From positions 1,568,001-1,632,000 of the forward strand of contig OZ244160.1 in assembly GCA_965216325.1 (NCBI GenBank): DNA of 64,000 nucleotides, in the 5' to 3' direction. A model generated the notes under the pieces. That model made no database searches. It was not told the origin of the DNA and saw nothing but the letters and a program-made list of their open reading frames with translations. This stretch comes from Coraliomargarita sp. (GTDB lineage Bacteria > Verrucomicrobiota > Verrucomicrobiia > Opitutales > Coraliomargaritaceae). Shown here in pieces: positions 1 through 11,676 of the stretch. The translations under genes and the position numbers were made by a program. Numbering within the stretch: position 1 is the first letter of the stretch; every line of letters begins with the position of its first letter.

Positions 1-1
1 T

Positions 2-385
<384 letters not shown>

Positions 386-388
386 GAT

Positions 389-420
389 TCAGAAGCCGGA
401 AGTCAGAGGACAGAAGCCAG
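389..420 (+). repeat. Heptamer tandem array, left arm flanking the four-helix-bundle gene
   Basis: tc-agaagcc-ggaagtc-agaggac-agaagcc-ag. Confidence 0.85.
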
Positions 421-435
421 CATACAGGAACGGAC

Positions 436-819
436 ATGATCATTAAAACTGCAAAGGAATTGACGGTGTATCAAAAGAGTTACGCCCTCGCCATGCAGAT
501 CTTTGAGATCAGCAAGACCTTCCCCAAAGAAGAAGTTTTTGCGCTCACTAGCCAAATCCGCCGTTCTTCCCGATCTGTGCCCATGAACCTGCGAGAAGCT
601 TGGGCGAAGCGCCGCTACGAAGCACACTTCGTCAGTAAGCTGACTGACTGCGACGGCGAAACCAACGAAACCGACACATCCATCGACTTCGCACGTGACT
701 GCGGCTACATCAGAGACGCACAGCACCGCGAACTCGCAGGACTCAATACAGAAATTGGCAGAATGCTGGGTAAGATGATCAACGACCCGACGCCGTTTCT
801 GATTTCGACACCCGCATAA
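436..819 (+). CDS. Four helix bundle protein (23S rRNA IVP-like / TIGR02436-type family)
   Basis: LTVYQKSY..AM.IF..SK.FPKEE.FALTSQIRRSSRSV..N..EAW.KRRY motif typical of this family. Confidence 0.9.
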   Translation: MIIKTAKELTVYQKSYALAMQIFEISKTFPKEEVFALTSQIRRSSRSVPMNLREAWAKRRYEAHFVSKLTDCDGETNETDTSIDFARDCGYIRDAQHRELAGLNTEIGRMLGKMINDPTPFLISTPA

Positions 820-840
820 TTTATACAAAACATTCAACCA

Positions 841-873
841 TCTGGCCTCTGACTTCTGTCATCTGGCCTCTGA
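841..873 (-). repeat. Heptamer tandem array, right arm, inverted relative to 389-420
   Basis: Reverse complement reads tc-agaggcc-agatgac-agaagtc-agaggcc-aga. Confidence 0.85.
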
Positions 874-877
874 AACG

Positions 878-1858
<981 letters not shown>

Positions 1859-1864
1859 GAGCCC

Positions 1865-1896
1865 TTCAAACTTCTAACTTCTAAATTCTAACTTCT
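1865..1896 (+). repeat. Pyrimidine-rich heptamer array before pdhC
   Basis: ttcaaac-ttctaac-ttctaaa-ttctaac-ttct. Confidence 0.8.
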
Positions 1897-1904
1897 CTTA
1901 AGAT

Positions 1905-3185
<1,281 letters not shown>

Positions 3186-3186
3186 T

Positions 3187-3218
3187 TCAGAGGTCAGAAG
3201 TCGGAAGACAGAGGTCAG
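3187..3218 (+). repeat. Heptamer array after the pdhC stop, same family as 389-420
   Basis: tc-agaggtc-agaagtc-ggaagac-agaggtc-ag. Confidence 0.85.
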
Positions 3219-3273
3219 TTCCGAGGAGTTCCACGACGACATGACCGGATGCACAGCAGACCGGACCATTTTC

Positions 3274-3301
3274 AAAGCCCGCGCTCGCCGCGGGCTTTTT
3301 T
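3274..3301 (+). terminator. Intrinsic terminator of the pdh operon
   Basis: aaagcccgcg / cgcgggcttt stem followed by T run. Confidence 0.85.
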
Positions 3302-3317
3302 ATAGATTCCCAAACCC

Positions 3318-3386
3318 TAGGGGCGCGACTTGACGCGCCCGCCAGCCCGCCAATCGCCGAACGGGCGCGTCAAGTCGCGCCCCTAC
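3318..3386. repeat. REP-like inverted doublet
   Basis: taggggcgcgacttgacgcgcccg ... cgggcgcgtcaagtcgcgcccctac. Confidence 0.85.
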
Positions 3387-3391
3387 AGACT

Positions 3392-3670
3392 ATGCAAAAG
3401 ACTAATCCAATCATTTCCGTCCAAGTCTCTGTTTACGCGCTCGATGGTGATGTGCGTCCAGCCGTTCACGCTTATCTCGATGCCTTGGATGCCACAGGCA
3501 TCGATCGTGACACAGGCACCATGGCAACCGTAGTCTGGGGTGAAGCCGACGCCGTGTGGGCTGCACTGCGTAGTGCTTACGAAGCGGTCGCCGAGGCACA
3601 TCCCGTGATCGTCAACACCACGATGTGCAACGCGGCTCCACTACCGGCCCGAGCCGCAGGCCGCCGGTAA
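3392..3670 (+). CDS. YkoF-like thiamine/HMP-binding protein
   Basis: QVSVYAL, MATVVWGE..AVW.AL..AY pattern of the YkoF/thiamine-binding ferredoxin-like fold. Confidence 0.65.
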   Translation: MQKTNPIISVQVSVYALDGDVRPAVHAYLDALDATGIDRDTGTMATVVWGEADAVWAALRSAYEAVAEAHPVIVNTTMCNAAPLPARAAGRR

Positions 3671-3735
3671 GTAGCGTAGGCGTCTCGCCTGCGCAATTCA
3701 TTACCAATGAGGAACAGGCAAGATGCCTGTTCTAC
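3671..3735. repeat. REP-like inverted doublet
   Basis: gtagcgtaggcgtctcgcctgcg ... gaacaggcaagatgcctgttctac. Confidence 0.75.
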
Positions 3736-3771
3736 TTCGTAAGCCGAACCACAAAAAAACGTTCTATTCAC

Positions 3772-4485
3772 GTGGACTACTCAGTCATCATTCCGGCCTA
3801 TAACGAAGCAGAAGAGTTGCCTGCAACGCTGGCAGCCCTCCGAATTGCAATGCGTGCTCAACCCGAGCGCGGCGAGCTCATTGTGGTCGACAACAACTCC
3901 ACCGACGCCACTGCATCCGTGGCAAAAGCCGAAGGCGCCGACCTCGTTGTGTTCGAGCCGATCAACCAGATCTCGCGCGCCCGCAACGCCGGTGCTGCGG
4001 CCAGCTCGGGCACGTATCTCATTTTCGTCGATGCCGACACACGCATTCATCCCGAACTCCTCCGCCAAAGCCTCGCTGGCCTGCAACACGGCAAGCTCGT
4101 CGGTGGCGGCTCGGTCGTGCACTTTGACCAGCCAACCAATGCCATGGGCCGCTTCGGCATCGGCCTCTGGGAGCGCATTTCCAAACTCACCAACACCGCA
4201 GCAGGCAGCTTCCTTTTCTGCCTGCGGGAAGCCTTCGAAGCGGAGGGTGGCTTTGACGAAAAGCTCTACGCCAGCGAAGAAGTCCGCATGTCCAAACGCC
4301 TGAAACGTTGGGGGCGTCAACACAACCTGCGTTTTGAAATTTTGACCGAGCACCCGGCCCTCACCTCTGCTCGCAAGCTCGACTGGTATAGCGGCCCACA
4401 GATGCTCGGCTACATTCTGATGGCCCCCTTCTCCGTATATTCGCGACGACTCTGCGCTTTCTGGTATAAGCGGCCGGTACAATGA
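3772..4485 (+). CDS. Glycosyltransferase family 2 (likely GTG start at 3772)
   Basis: SVIIPAYNEA, VVDNNSTD, ARNAGA, FVDAD motifs. Confidence 0.9.
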   Translation: MDYSVIIPAYNEAEELPATLAALRIAMRAQPERGELIVVDNNSTDATASVAKAEGADLVVFEPINQISRARNAGAAASSGTYLIFVDADTRIHPELLRQSLAGLQHGKLVGGGSVVHFDQPTNAMGRFGIGLWERISKLTNTAAGSFLFCLREAFEAEGGFDEKLYASEEVRMSKRLKRWGRQHNLRFEILTEHPALTSARKLDWYSGPQMLGYILMAPFSVYSRRLCAFWYKRPVQ

Positions 4486-4532
4486 CGGGATTGCGCATTG
4501 CACACCCCACCCAATGCGCTAGCTTGAACGGC

Positions 4533-5108
4533 ATGAAACCAATTCGCTACTTTCTTGCACTCATCCTGATCGCCTCCACCTGCACACTTGCACAAGCCGA
4601 ACCAACCGACAGCGCGAAGAAGCCCTCGTGGTTCGAACGCATCTTTGGCTCGAGCAAAACCTCAACCGAAGAAGCAACCGAATCCGAGTCCAGCACTAAG
4701 AAAGCGGCCAAAGCAAAGCCCGAGACCAAAGCAGCAAAGACTCAAAAGGAAGCGCCAAGTAAAGGCTTTACCAAAGAAGAGCGCGAAGCTTTAGAGAGCT
4801 GGCAAAAAGGCAAGGCGAGCTGGAAGAAGAAAGGCAAACCACTGCCCCCCGGCCTACAGAAGAAAGTGGATCGCGGTGGCGAACTGCCTCCGGGCTGGCA
4901 AAAGAAGCTCGAAGTTGGCAGCACGCTCGACAAAGAGCTCAACGAGCAGGCACGCTCACTTCCAGAGGAGATTCTGAAGCGCCTACCCGAAGCTCCTGAA
5001 AACACCGAGATCGTTCAAATCGGCGAGGAAATCGTCCGAGTCATTGAGAACACCCGGGAGATCGTCGACATCCTTGGCGACTTTGGCGGCACTGCTAAAG
5101 AAGACTAA
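4533..5108 (+). CDS. Exported hypothetical protein with PPGLQKK/PPGWQKK motifs
   Basis: Signal peptide from ATG 4533 (MKPIRYFLALILIASTCTLAQA), Lys-rich linker, LPPGLQKK..LPPGWQKKL. Confidence 0.75.
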   Translation: MKPIRYFLALILIASTCTLAQAEPTDSAKKPSWFERIFGSSKTSTEEATESESSTKKAAKAKPETKAAKTQKEAPSKGFTKEEREALESWQKGKASWKKKGKPLPPGLQKKVDRGGELPPGWQKKLEVGSTLDKELNEQARSLPEEILKRLPEAPENTEIVQIGEEIVRVIENTREIVDILGDFGGTAKED

Positions 5109-5151
5109 GGGGTTAAAGGAGCCCCCCGTCTTTCGACAAGCTCTAGCCTAG

Positions 5152-5349
5152 GTAGCGCGCCGCTTCAGCAAGCGCTCTCCGGGCGGCAATACCACTCTTT
5201 AACTTTTAGGGACACTGGCCCCAGTGTCCGAATCAGACCTGACTGCGGACGACGAGGACGCCGTCCCTCCAGAATGATGACAGCTAAAGCAGCACGATGG
5301 TATCAGTGCATTATTGGGGAGCTAAGCGTTTGCTGAAGCAGCACGCTAC
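5152..5349. repeat. REP-like doublet (family A) enclosing a second REP-like doublet
   Basis: Outer gtagcgcgccgcttcagcaagcgct / agcgtttgctgaagcagcacgctac; inner agggacactggccccagtgtccg / cggacgacgaggacgccgtccctcc. Confidence 0.8.
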
Positions 5350-5357
5350 ATGAACAC

Positions 5358-5389
5358 AAAAAAGCCTCCACGGTGTTCCGGGAGGCTTT
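5358..5389 (-). terminator. Intrinsic terminator of slyD
   Basis: aaagcctcc / ggaggcttt stem, A run on + strand (U run on -). Confidence 0.75.
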
Positions 5390-5411
5390 GAAAAGCGTTC
5401 TATGCTAAGAA

Positions 5412-5984
5412 TTAGTGGGAGCAGCCACAGCTGCCTTCGCCGCACTCGCCTTCTTTGGCTTGTGGCTCGTCGTTGCAGCAGCCACCTTCGCCGCCGCCGT
5501 TGCCACCGCAGCAGCCGCCTGCAGCGTGAATGTGACCATGTGCGATTTCGTCTTCAGTCGCTTCACGCACTTCAGTGATCGTGACGTTGAAGTTGAGGTG
5601 CTTGCCCGCCAGTGGGTGGTTGCCGTCAACAGTAACATCGTCGCCTTCGACCTGCACCACGCGCACCGAAACAGGGCCCTGCTCGGTGTTGGCTTGGAAT
5701 TGCATGCCAACGGAAAGGTCTTCGACACCTTGGAAACGGTCGCGTGGCACCACTTGCTGCAGCGCAGGGTTCACCTCGCCGTAGCCTTCAGCTGGCTCAA
5801 CGCGCACTTCGACGGTTTCGCCGACAGTCTTGCCCTCAAGCGCCTTTTCGAGACCTGGAATGATATTCTGGTGGCCCTGGAGGTAGGACAGTGGGTTGCC
5901 CGGCTGAGATTGATCGATGAGTGTGCCCTCATCGTCCTTGAGCGCGTAGTCCATAGAAACGACTGTATTTGCTGCGATTTGCAT
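5412..5984 (-). CDS. slyD: FKBP-type peptidyl-prolyl isomerase SlyD
   Basis: GHQNIIPGLEKAL, EPAEGYG, DGNHPLAGKHLNF, His/Cys-rich tail; ATG at 5984. Confidence 0.93.
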   Translation of the reverse strand: MQIAANTVVSMDYALKDDEGTLIDQSQPGNPLSYLQGHQNIIPGLEKALEGKTVGETVEVRVEPAEGYGEVNPALQQVVPRDRFQGVEDLSVGMQFQANTEQGPVSVRVVQVEGDDVTVDGNHPLAGKHLNFNVTITEVREATEDEIAHGHIHAAGGCCGGNGGGEGGCCNDEPQAKEGECGEGSCGCSH

Positions 5985-6096
5985 GATCTTAGTAGTTGAT
6001 ATTCTTTGTGTTAAAAGTTTCGAAAGAGGGCTGACAATGCCGCTGAAGGAAAGTTCGTCAAAAGCGAAAACCAATTAATTTGCAATCGAGCTGATC

Positions 6097-6149
6097 GTAG
6101 GTGCTCTACTTGTGGATGCACTGTAGTGGCGCACTCGTGCGCACGCTAC
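6097..6149. repeat. REP-like doublet (family B)
   Basis: gtaggtgctctacttgtggatgcact ... agtggcgcactcgtgcgcacgctac; related copies at 9159 and 40638. Confidence 0.8.
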
Positions 6150-6200
6150 GCCCGCATAGTGATCGCACCTTCAATCAAGCTCAACAATTCATCCCATAGC

Positions 6201-6240
6201 TTTCAGAATTTCAACGTTTTCAGCTTTTCAGCGTTTCAGT
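6201..6240 (+). repeat. Octamer tandem array (tttcagNN) before glnD
   Basis: tttcagaa-tttcaacg-t-tttcagct-tttcagcg-tttcagt. Confidence 0.75.
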
Positions 6241-6265
6241 TAAGCAGTTGTGTGTTCCCACTCTC

Positions 6266-9076
6266 ATGCCATTTCGTGACCACCCTCTTTTCCGCCGTCT
6301 TCACAAACACGCCCAAAAGCGTCTCGTGTTCGATCCCGGCGTGCCACGCAACAAGCAACTTCCCGCCTACAAACGTTTCGTCGAACTTGAGAACGAGATG
6401 CTTAAGCGCTACCACCAGCAAGGTGACTCCGGCCTCAAGGTCTGTCAGGCGCGTGCGGTCATGGTCGACGTGGTGATTGAAAACCTCTTTCTCGCCGCCC
6501 TTGACATGTATATGACACAGCACGGCCGCCTGCCCTGCAAACTGGCGATTCTAGCCACTGGCGGCTACGGACGGGGTGAACTCAACCCGCACAGCGACAT
6601 CGACATCATGTTGCTCTACCCGGACCGCATTTCCAACAAGAAGCGTTTTGAACAATTCCAAGAGCTCCTCACCGAGGAGATCCTCTACCCGCTCTGGGAC
6701 CTCGGCTGGAAGATCGGTCATGCCTCACGCAACACCAAGGAGGCGATCGACGAGGCCCGCGCAGAGATTCAGTCCAAAAACGCGATTCTAGAGTCCCGCA
6801 TGATCTGCGGCTCCGAGCCACTGTTTGCGGATATGTATAAGCGCTTCACCGCCTTCTGTCAGAAGGAAGACTCTGCTGCTTACATTAAACAGCGCCTGAT
6901 CGACGAAAAAGAGCGCCACGGCAAAGCCGGCAATACGGTTTATCTGCAAGAACCGGACATCAAGAACGGCGTCGGCGGCCTGCGTGACTACCAAAACATC
7001 CTTTGGATGGCCAACTTGAAGCACGGCTATCGCTCCTTCCGCGATCTGGAAAAGGCCAAGCTGTTGCGTCGTGACGAGCGCATCTCGATGAACGAAGCCT
7101 ACGACTTCCTACTGCGCACCCGCACCGAAGTGCACCTCAACAACCGCCGACCGACCGACAAGCTCAATCTCGAGCAGCAACCCGTCATTGCCGAGGGCCT
7201 CGGCTATCCACAGGAAGACATCTTCAAGCGCGTGGAAGCTTTCATGCAGGACTACTACTCGGCCGCGCGAACCATCTATCACACCTGCGAGCTCCTCAAA
7301 CAACGCCTCGCACTGTCCACCGCCGATGCAAGCGGTAGCGGCGGCAAAATCACTTTTCGCGAGGCACTCCGAGCGCACCAGCATCTCCCCAGTAAAAAGG
7401 TGGATGGCTTCATTCTGCAGGAAAAAGTCCTCAGCGCGTCCAATAAAAAGGTCTTCAAAGAAGCCCCTGTGCGCCTGATCCGCATTTTCCGCTATATGCA
7501 GCAATTCGGTGCCACTCTGGACGTGGAACTCATGTATCTGATTTCGCGCTCAATTCCACTCATTGATAGTGAACTGATCAACAGTCCGGCGGCCGCCAAA
7601 AGCTTTTGCTCGATTTTACGCAGTCCGGGCGAAGTGTATCCTGTGCTCAATTTAATGCACGAACTCGGTGTGCTGGGACGTTATCTGCCCGAATTTGGTC
7701 AGCTCACCTGCATGGTGCAGCACGAATACTACCACCGCTACACCGCGGACCAACACGTGCTCCGCACGATCAAGCACTGCGACGACGTCTTCCTAAAGAG
7801 CGAAGCGGTCTCCACCGCCTACGAAAAAGAGCTACGCAAAAACGATGACCCGCTCTTGCTCTATCTAATCCTGCTCCTGCATGACATCGGCAAGGCCGAG
7901 GGCATCAAAAATCACGATGCCAATGGGGTCCGTATTGCGAAACCAATCTTGGACCGTTATGGTATCAACGAGGAGCAACAGGAACAAATTTTATTTATTA
8001 TCGGCAACCATTTAGAAATGGCACGAATCTGGCAAAGATTTGATCTCGACGATCCCCAAACGGCCGCATCCTTTGCGGAATTTGTCGAGAACCCACAAAA
8101 ACTACGTTTCCTATATGTTCACACCTACTGCGACGCTCGCGGCACAGCACCGACCTTGTGGAATAGCTACAAGGACTCGATGCACCGTGCGCTCTACCTC
8201 GCGACGATGGACCAGTTCCAAGGCCAGGACGTGATCGACCGGAAGCGCAAAGAACAGATCCAAATGCTTCATACCAAACTACTCTCCAAAGACATTGTCG
8301 GCATCTCCAACGATGAGATCGAAGCACACTTCAGTTTACTTCCGGAGCGCTACTTCATCAACACCAGCGAAGAAGAGATCGAGCTACACCTCCGCATGGT
8401 CAACAGCTTGCTGACTCAAATCCAGACCGCTGAATCCGTTGGCAGCCTCACCCCTATCATCGACTGGCGCAATGACCACGACCTCAACATGACAGTCGTC
8501 AACGTGGTCACCTGGGACCGTGCCGGCCTGTTCTACAAACTTGCAGGCGCCCTCACCCTCGCTGGCGTCAACATCGCCAGTACCAAGGCAATCTCCCGCA
8601 ACGACCACATTTCCATCGATACGTTCTACATTGTCGACCCAGACGGGGGTGTTGTCACCAACACTCAAGCCGAGGGCGTGTTCAAGACCCACCTCGACGA
8701 ATCGCTGGTGCAGGGCAAACAGCTCACCGACCTCATCGAAGCACTAGAGAACAAGGCCAAAACCAAGAAGCGCGAACGCGACATGCTACCGGCACCATTC
8801 CCGCCGAGCGTCGATGTTTACCACGAACTGTCGCTCAAGCGCACCATCATCGAGGTCCAAGCCGGTGACGAAATCGGCCTCCTTTATCGTTTGGCTCGCC
8901 TGATCTTCAAGAAAGGCTTCGACATCACCTTCGCGCGTGTTGCGACCGAACACGGTGTGGCGATGGACACCTTCTACATCGAAAAGGCCAACGCCAAGGA
9001 ATCGGCAACACCGGCCGAGCTACTGGAGTTGCGTGAAGCACTTGACGTGATCGTTAAGCTGGAACCAGAAGAATAG
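6266..9076 (+). CDS. glnD: [Protein-PII] uridylyltransferase
   Basis: ATGGYGRGELNPHSDIDI NTase motif, EPDIKNGVGGLRD, HD domain LLHDIGK, two C-terminal ACT domains. Confidence 0.95.
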   Translation: MPFRDHPLFRRLHKHAQKRLVFDPGVPRNKQLPAYKRFVELENEMLKRYHQQGDSGLKVCQARAVMVDVVIENLFLAALDMYMTQHGRLPCKLAILATGGYGRGELNPHSDIDIMLLYPDRISNKKRFEQFQELLTEEILYPLWDLGWKIGHASRNTKEAIDEARAEIQSKNAILESRMICGSEPLFADMYKRFTAFCQKEDSAAYIKQRLIDEKERHGKAGNTVYLQEPDIKNGVGGLRDYQNILWMANLKHGYRSFRDLEKAKLLRRDERISMNEAYDFLLRTRTEVHLNNRRPTDKLNLEQQPVIAEGLGYPQEDIFKRVEAFMQDYYSAARTIYHTCELLKQRLALSTADASGSGGKITFREALRAHQHLPSKKVDGFILQEKVLSASNKKVFKEAPVRLIRIFRYMQQFGATLDVELMYLISRSIPLIDSELINSPAAAKSFCSILRSPGEVYPVLNLMHELGVLGRYLPEFGQLTCMVQHEYYHRYTADQHVLRTIKHCDDVFLKSEAVSTAYEKELRKNDDPLLLYLILLLHDIGKAEGIKNHDANGVRIAKPILDRYGINEEQQEQILFIIGNHLEMARIWQRFDLDDPQTAASFAEFVENPQKLRFLYVHTYCDARGTAPTLWNSYKDSMHRALYLATMDQFQGQDVIDRKRKEQIQMLHTKLLSKDIVGISNDEIEAHFSLLPERYFINTSEEEIELHLRMVNSLLTQIQTAESVGSLTPIIDWRNDHDLNMTVVNVVTWDRAGLFYKLAGALTLAGVNIASTKAISRNDHISIDTFYIVDPDGGVVTNTQAEGVFKTHLDESLVQGKQLTDLIEALENKAKTKKRERDMLPAPFPPSVDVYHELSLKRTIIEVQAGDEIGLLYRLARLIFKKGFDITFARVATEHGVAMDTFYIEKANAKESATPAELLELREALDVIVKLEPEE

Positions 9077-9158
9077 CGACATTCTGACTCCTAACCCCAC
9101 AACAGAAGAGAGTCAGGTTAGGATTAAGATTACGAGTCAGAGGCCTAAAGTCCGCAGA

Positions 9159-9245
9159 GTAGGTGCTCCACTTGTGGATGCACTCCATGGAAAAATCCCA
9201 TACGAATGGCCACCAGATGGAGTGACGCACAAGTGCGCACGCTAC
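9159..9245. repeat. REP-like doublet (family B)
   Basis: gtaggtgctccacttgtggatgcact ... agtgacgcacaagtgcgcacgctac. Confidence 0.85.
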
Positions 9246-9332
9246 AGCACAGAACGCCACAAATCTTAATCAGATCGCTTCCAGTCAGAATCAGTTCTTG
9301 TCGTCTGAGAGCGTGCCGACCATTTTTAGCGC

Positions 9333-11024
9333 ATGACAGCACGCGCACATGAGACCACTGCGATTGATTCGCTTTATCGAATCAGCAGTATCGTCTCAAA
9401 TACCGACGACCCTAAAGAAGCGCTGGATCTAATTCTAAAAGAGATTGTCAACGTGCTCACGCCCAGCAGCGCCTCAATTGCGCTGATTAACCCGGACACC
9501 AAGAAACTCGAACTCGAGGCGTCTCATGGACTCCCCGAGGACTGGGCCGACATCGACCTCAACCTCGGCCAAGGTATCACTGGCTGGACTGCGCTACATG
9601 GCCAAGCACTCATCGTCCCTGATGTGCGTGAAGAGCCACGCTACATTAGTGTTCGCCCACACGTGCGCTCCGAAATGGCGGTTCCTATGGAGGACCGCGG
9701 CACGGTCATTGGCGTGGTCAATGTCGACAGCGAGGAGATCGATGCCTACGACGATCAGGCCCTAAAAATTCTGACTTTGCTGACCAACGAAGCCAGCCGT
9801 GTTGTCTCGCGCCTCTGGCTCTTCAGGCAACTGCGCACCAAGGCAAACCAACTCGAGTCACTGGTCAACTTAGGCCGCCGCATCAGCGGTGAGCTCGACC
9901 CTGACACGATCCTGGAAAGCCTTGCAAAAGAAGGCCGCACTCTAATGGATTGCCACAGTTGCGCGCTCTTCACTTTAAGCCCGGACGGCACCGAGCTCAC
10001 GGTGCACAGCATGGCTGGGCGCCAAGGCCCAATCGAAGCCAAGGAAGTCATTCAACTGGACAGCAGTGCGGTTCGCGTCGCCATCCAACGCCAACGCCAA
10101 GTCGAAGTCACCGACCTCGCATTCACCGAAGAGAACGACTTCATGCGCATCGTGCAACGTGAAGACCTGGTCTCCATGCTCAGCTCTCCGGTGATTTTCA
10201 ACGATGAGGTCATCGGCGTGCTCAACGCCTATACCCAGCGCAAGCATCGCTTTAACAACGACGAAAAAAAGGTCTTTGCGACACTATCCAGCCTCGGTGC
10301 CATTGCGATCCATAATGCACGCATGTATGGTCGGGTGTTCGCAACCGAAGAGTCCGTGCGCCGCAATGAGAAACTCACCACCCTCGGGATGCTCGCGGCA
10401 GAGATCGCACACGAGATCCGCAACCCACTGACGGTAATCAAGCTGCTGTTTGATTCACTCGACTTGCACTTCCCCGGCGACGACGCACGCCAAACCGACG
10501 TCAGCGTCATTGGCGACAAACTCAACCAACTGGAAGAGATCGTGGAGCGTGTGCTGAGCTTTGGCCGCAATCGTGAGGGCATGAACGCCCGCTACGACCT
10601 CAACCTGCTCTGCAAAGAGACCTTGCATTTGGTCCGTTTAAAACTGCAGCAACAAAAGACTGAGATCGAATTCTCGCCCTGCAGCACCGGTTTGTTTGTC
10701 GAAGTCAACAAAGGCCAGATTCAACAGGTCATGCTCAATCTGATTCTGAATGCCACACAGGCCATGCCAGACGGAGGACGTATCCATATTTCGACTACAA
10801 AGGATGGGGATACCGCAAAATTCATCATCCGCGACACAGGTAGCGGAATGCCCGAACACATTCAAAGCGAAGTCTTCGAGTCCTTCCTAACCAACCGCGC
10901 TGACGGCACTGGGCTCGGCCTTTCAATCAGCAAGCGCATCCTGCGCGAGCATCATGGTGACATCGCACTCGATTCATCCACCCCCGAAGGCACCACCTTC
11001 AGCTTCTGGCTACCGGCAGGATAG
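9333..11024 (+). CDS. Cytoplasmic GAF-GAF sensor histidine kinase
   Basis: Two GAF-like segments, H-box AHEIRNPL, N-box NLILNA, DTGSG, GTGLGL. Confidence 0.9.
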   Translation: MTARAHETTAIDSLYRISSIVSNTDDPKEALDLILKEIVNVLTPSSASIALINPDTKKLELEASHGLPEDWADIDLNLGQGITGWTALHGQALIVPDVREEPRYISVRPHVRSEMAVPMEDRGTVIGVVNVDSEEIDAYDDQALKILTLLTNEASRVVSRLWLFRQLRTKANQLESLVNLGRRISGELDPDTILESLAKEGRTLMDCHSCALFTLSPDGTELTVHSMAGRQGPIEAKEVIQLDSSAVRVAIQRQRQVEVTDLAFTEENDFMRIVQREDLVSMLSSPVIFNDEVIGVLNAYTQRKHRFNNDEKKVFATLSSLGAIAIHNARMYGRVFATEESVRRNEKLTTLGMLAAEIAHEIRNPLTVIKLLFDSLDLHFPGDDARQTDVSVIGDKLNQLEEIVERVLSFGRNREGMNARYDLNLLCKETLHLVRLKLQQQKTEIEFSPCSTGLFVEVNKGQIQQVMLNLILNATQAMPDGGRIHISTTKDGDTAKFIIRDTGSGMPEHIQSEVFESFLTNRADGTGLGLSISKRILREHHGDIALDSSTPEGTTFSFWLPAG

Positions 11025-11053
11025 ACGATGAAAGGGTTCGTTTACTTCGAACA

Positions 11054-11145
11054 GGTAGGGTCGCCTCGCCGAGGCGACCGTTCGGCAGTATGGCGACATC
11101 CGAAGCGTTGAACCACTGCGGCTGCCTCGGCGAGACAGCCCTACC
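11054..11145. repeat. REP-like inverted doublet
   Basis: ggtagggtcgcctcgccgaggcgaccg ... cggctgcctcggcgagacagccctacc. Confidence 0.85.
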
Positions 11146-11157
11146 CTCTACGACATA

Positions 11158-11590
11158 ATGCCCATTCCACACGTCCACCCTCAACGCGCCAAAGTATGGC
11201 CATTTCTGATCATGATGGCGGTCATCGCGGCCTCCAGCAGCTCGCGCTTAGCGACTCCCGACCTGAGCTTCACGATGTCGCCCGACAAGCTCGCGCACTT
11301 CCTCGTATTTGGCCTGCTCGCCACTTCCGTGCTGCGCATCCCCTTCTTTTTCAAACTCGGCTGGCGTGGAGCACTGGCTGCAGCCTGCATCGTATCCATC
11401 TGCGGCATGCTGGATGAATTTCGTCAATCGATGACCCCCGGCCGAGCCGTCGAACTGAACGACTGGATCGCAGATACCAGCGGGGCAATCGTTGCCGTCA
11501 TCGTTTACCGCTACTGGGCACTCTATCGTAGCATTCTCGAGTGGTCGCCGGTCACAAAAAAAAAGTCGCGCACAAGCCAACCCTTAAAAA

Positions 11591-11595
<5 letters not shown>
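11158..11595 (+). CDS. VanZ family membrane protein
   Basis: DKLAHFLVFG, DEFRQSMTPGR, DWIADT motifs. Confidence 0.85.
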
Positions 11596-11662
<67 letters not shown>

Positions 11663-11676
11663 GCACAATGGGCGCT

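Noticed and set aside
436..819. Diversity-generating retroelement suggested by the Avd-like four-helix protein
   Set aside because: No reverse transcriptase and no template/variable repeat pair seen in the window
3186..3391. TPP riboswitch upstream of the YkoF-like gene
   Set aside because: Conserved TPP aptamer motifs are absent; the region is mostly explained by a heptamer array, a terminator and a REP doublet
5412..5545. Cys/His/Gly-rich tail as a separate metal-binding peptide
   Set aside because: It is the standard SlyD C-terminal tail
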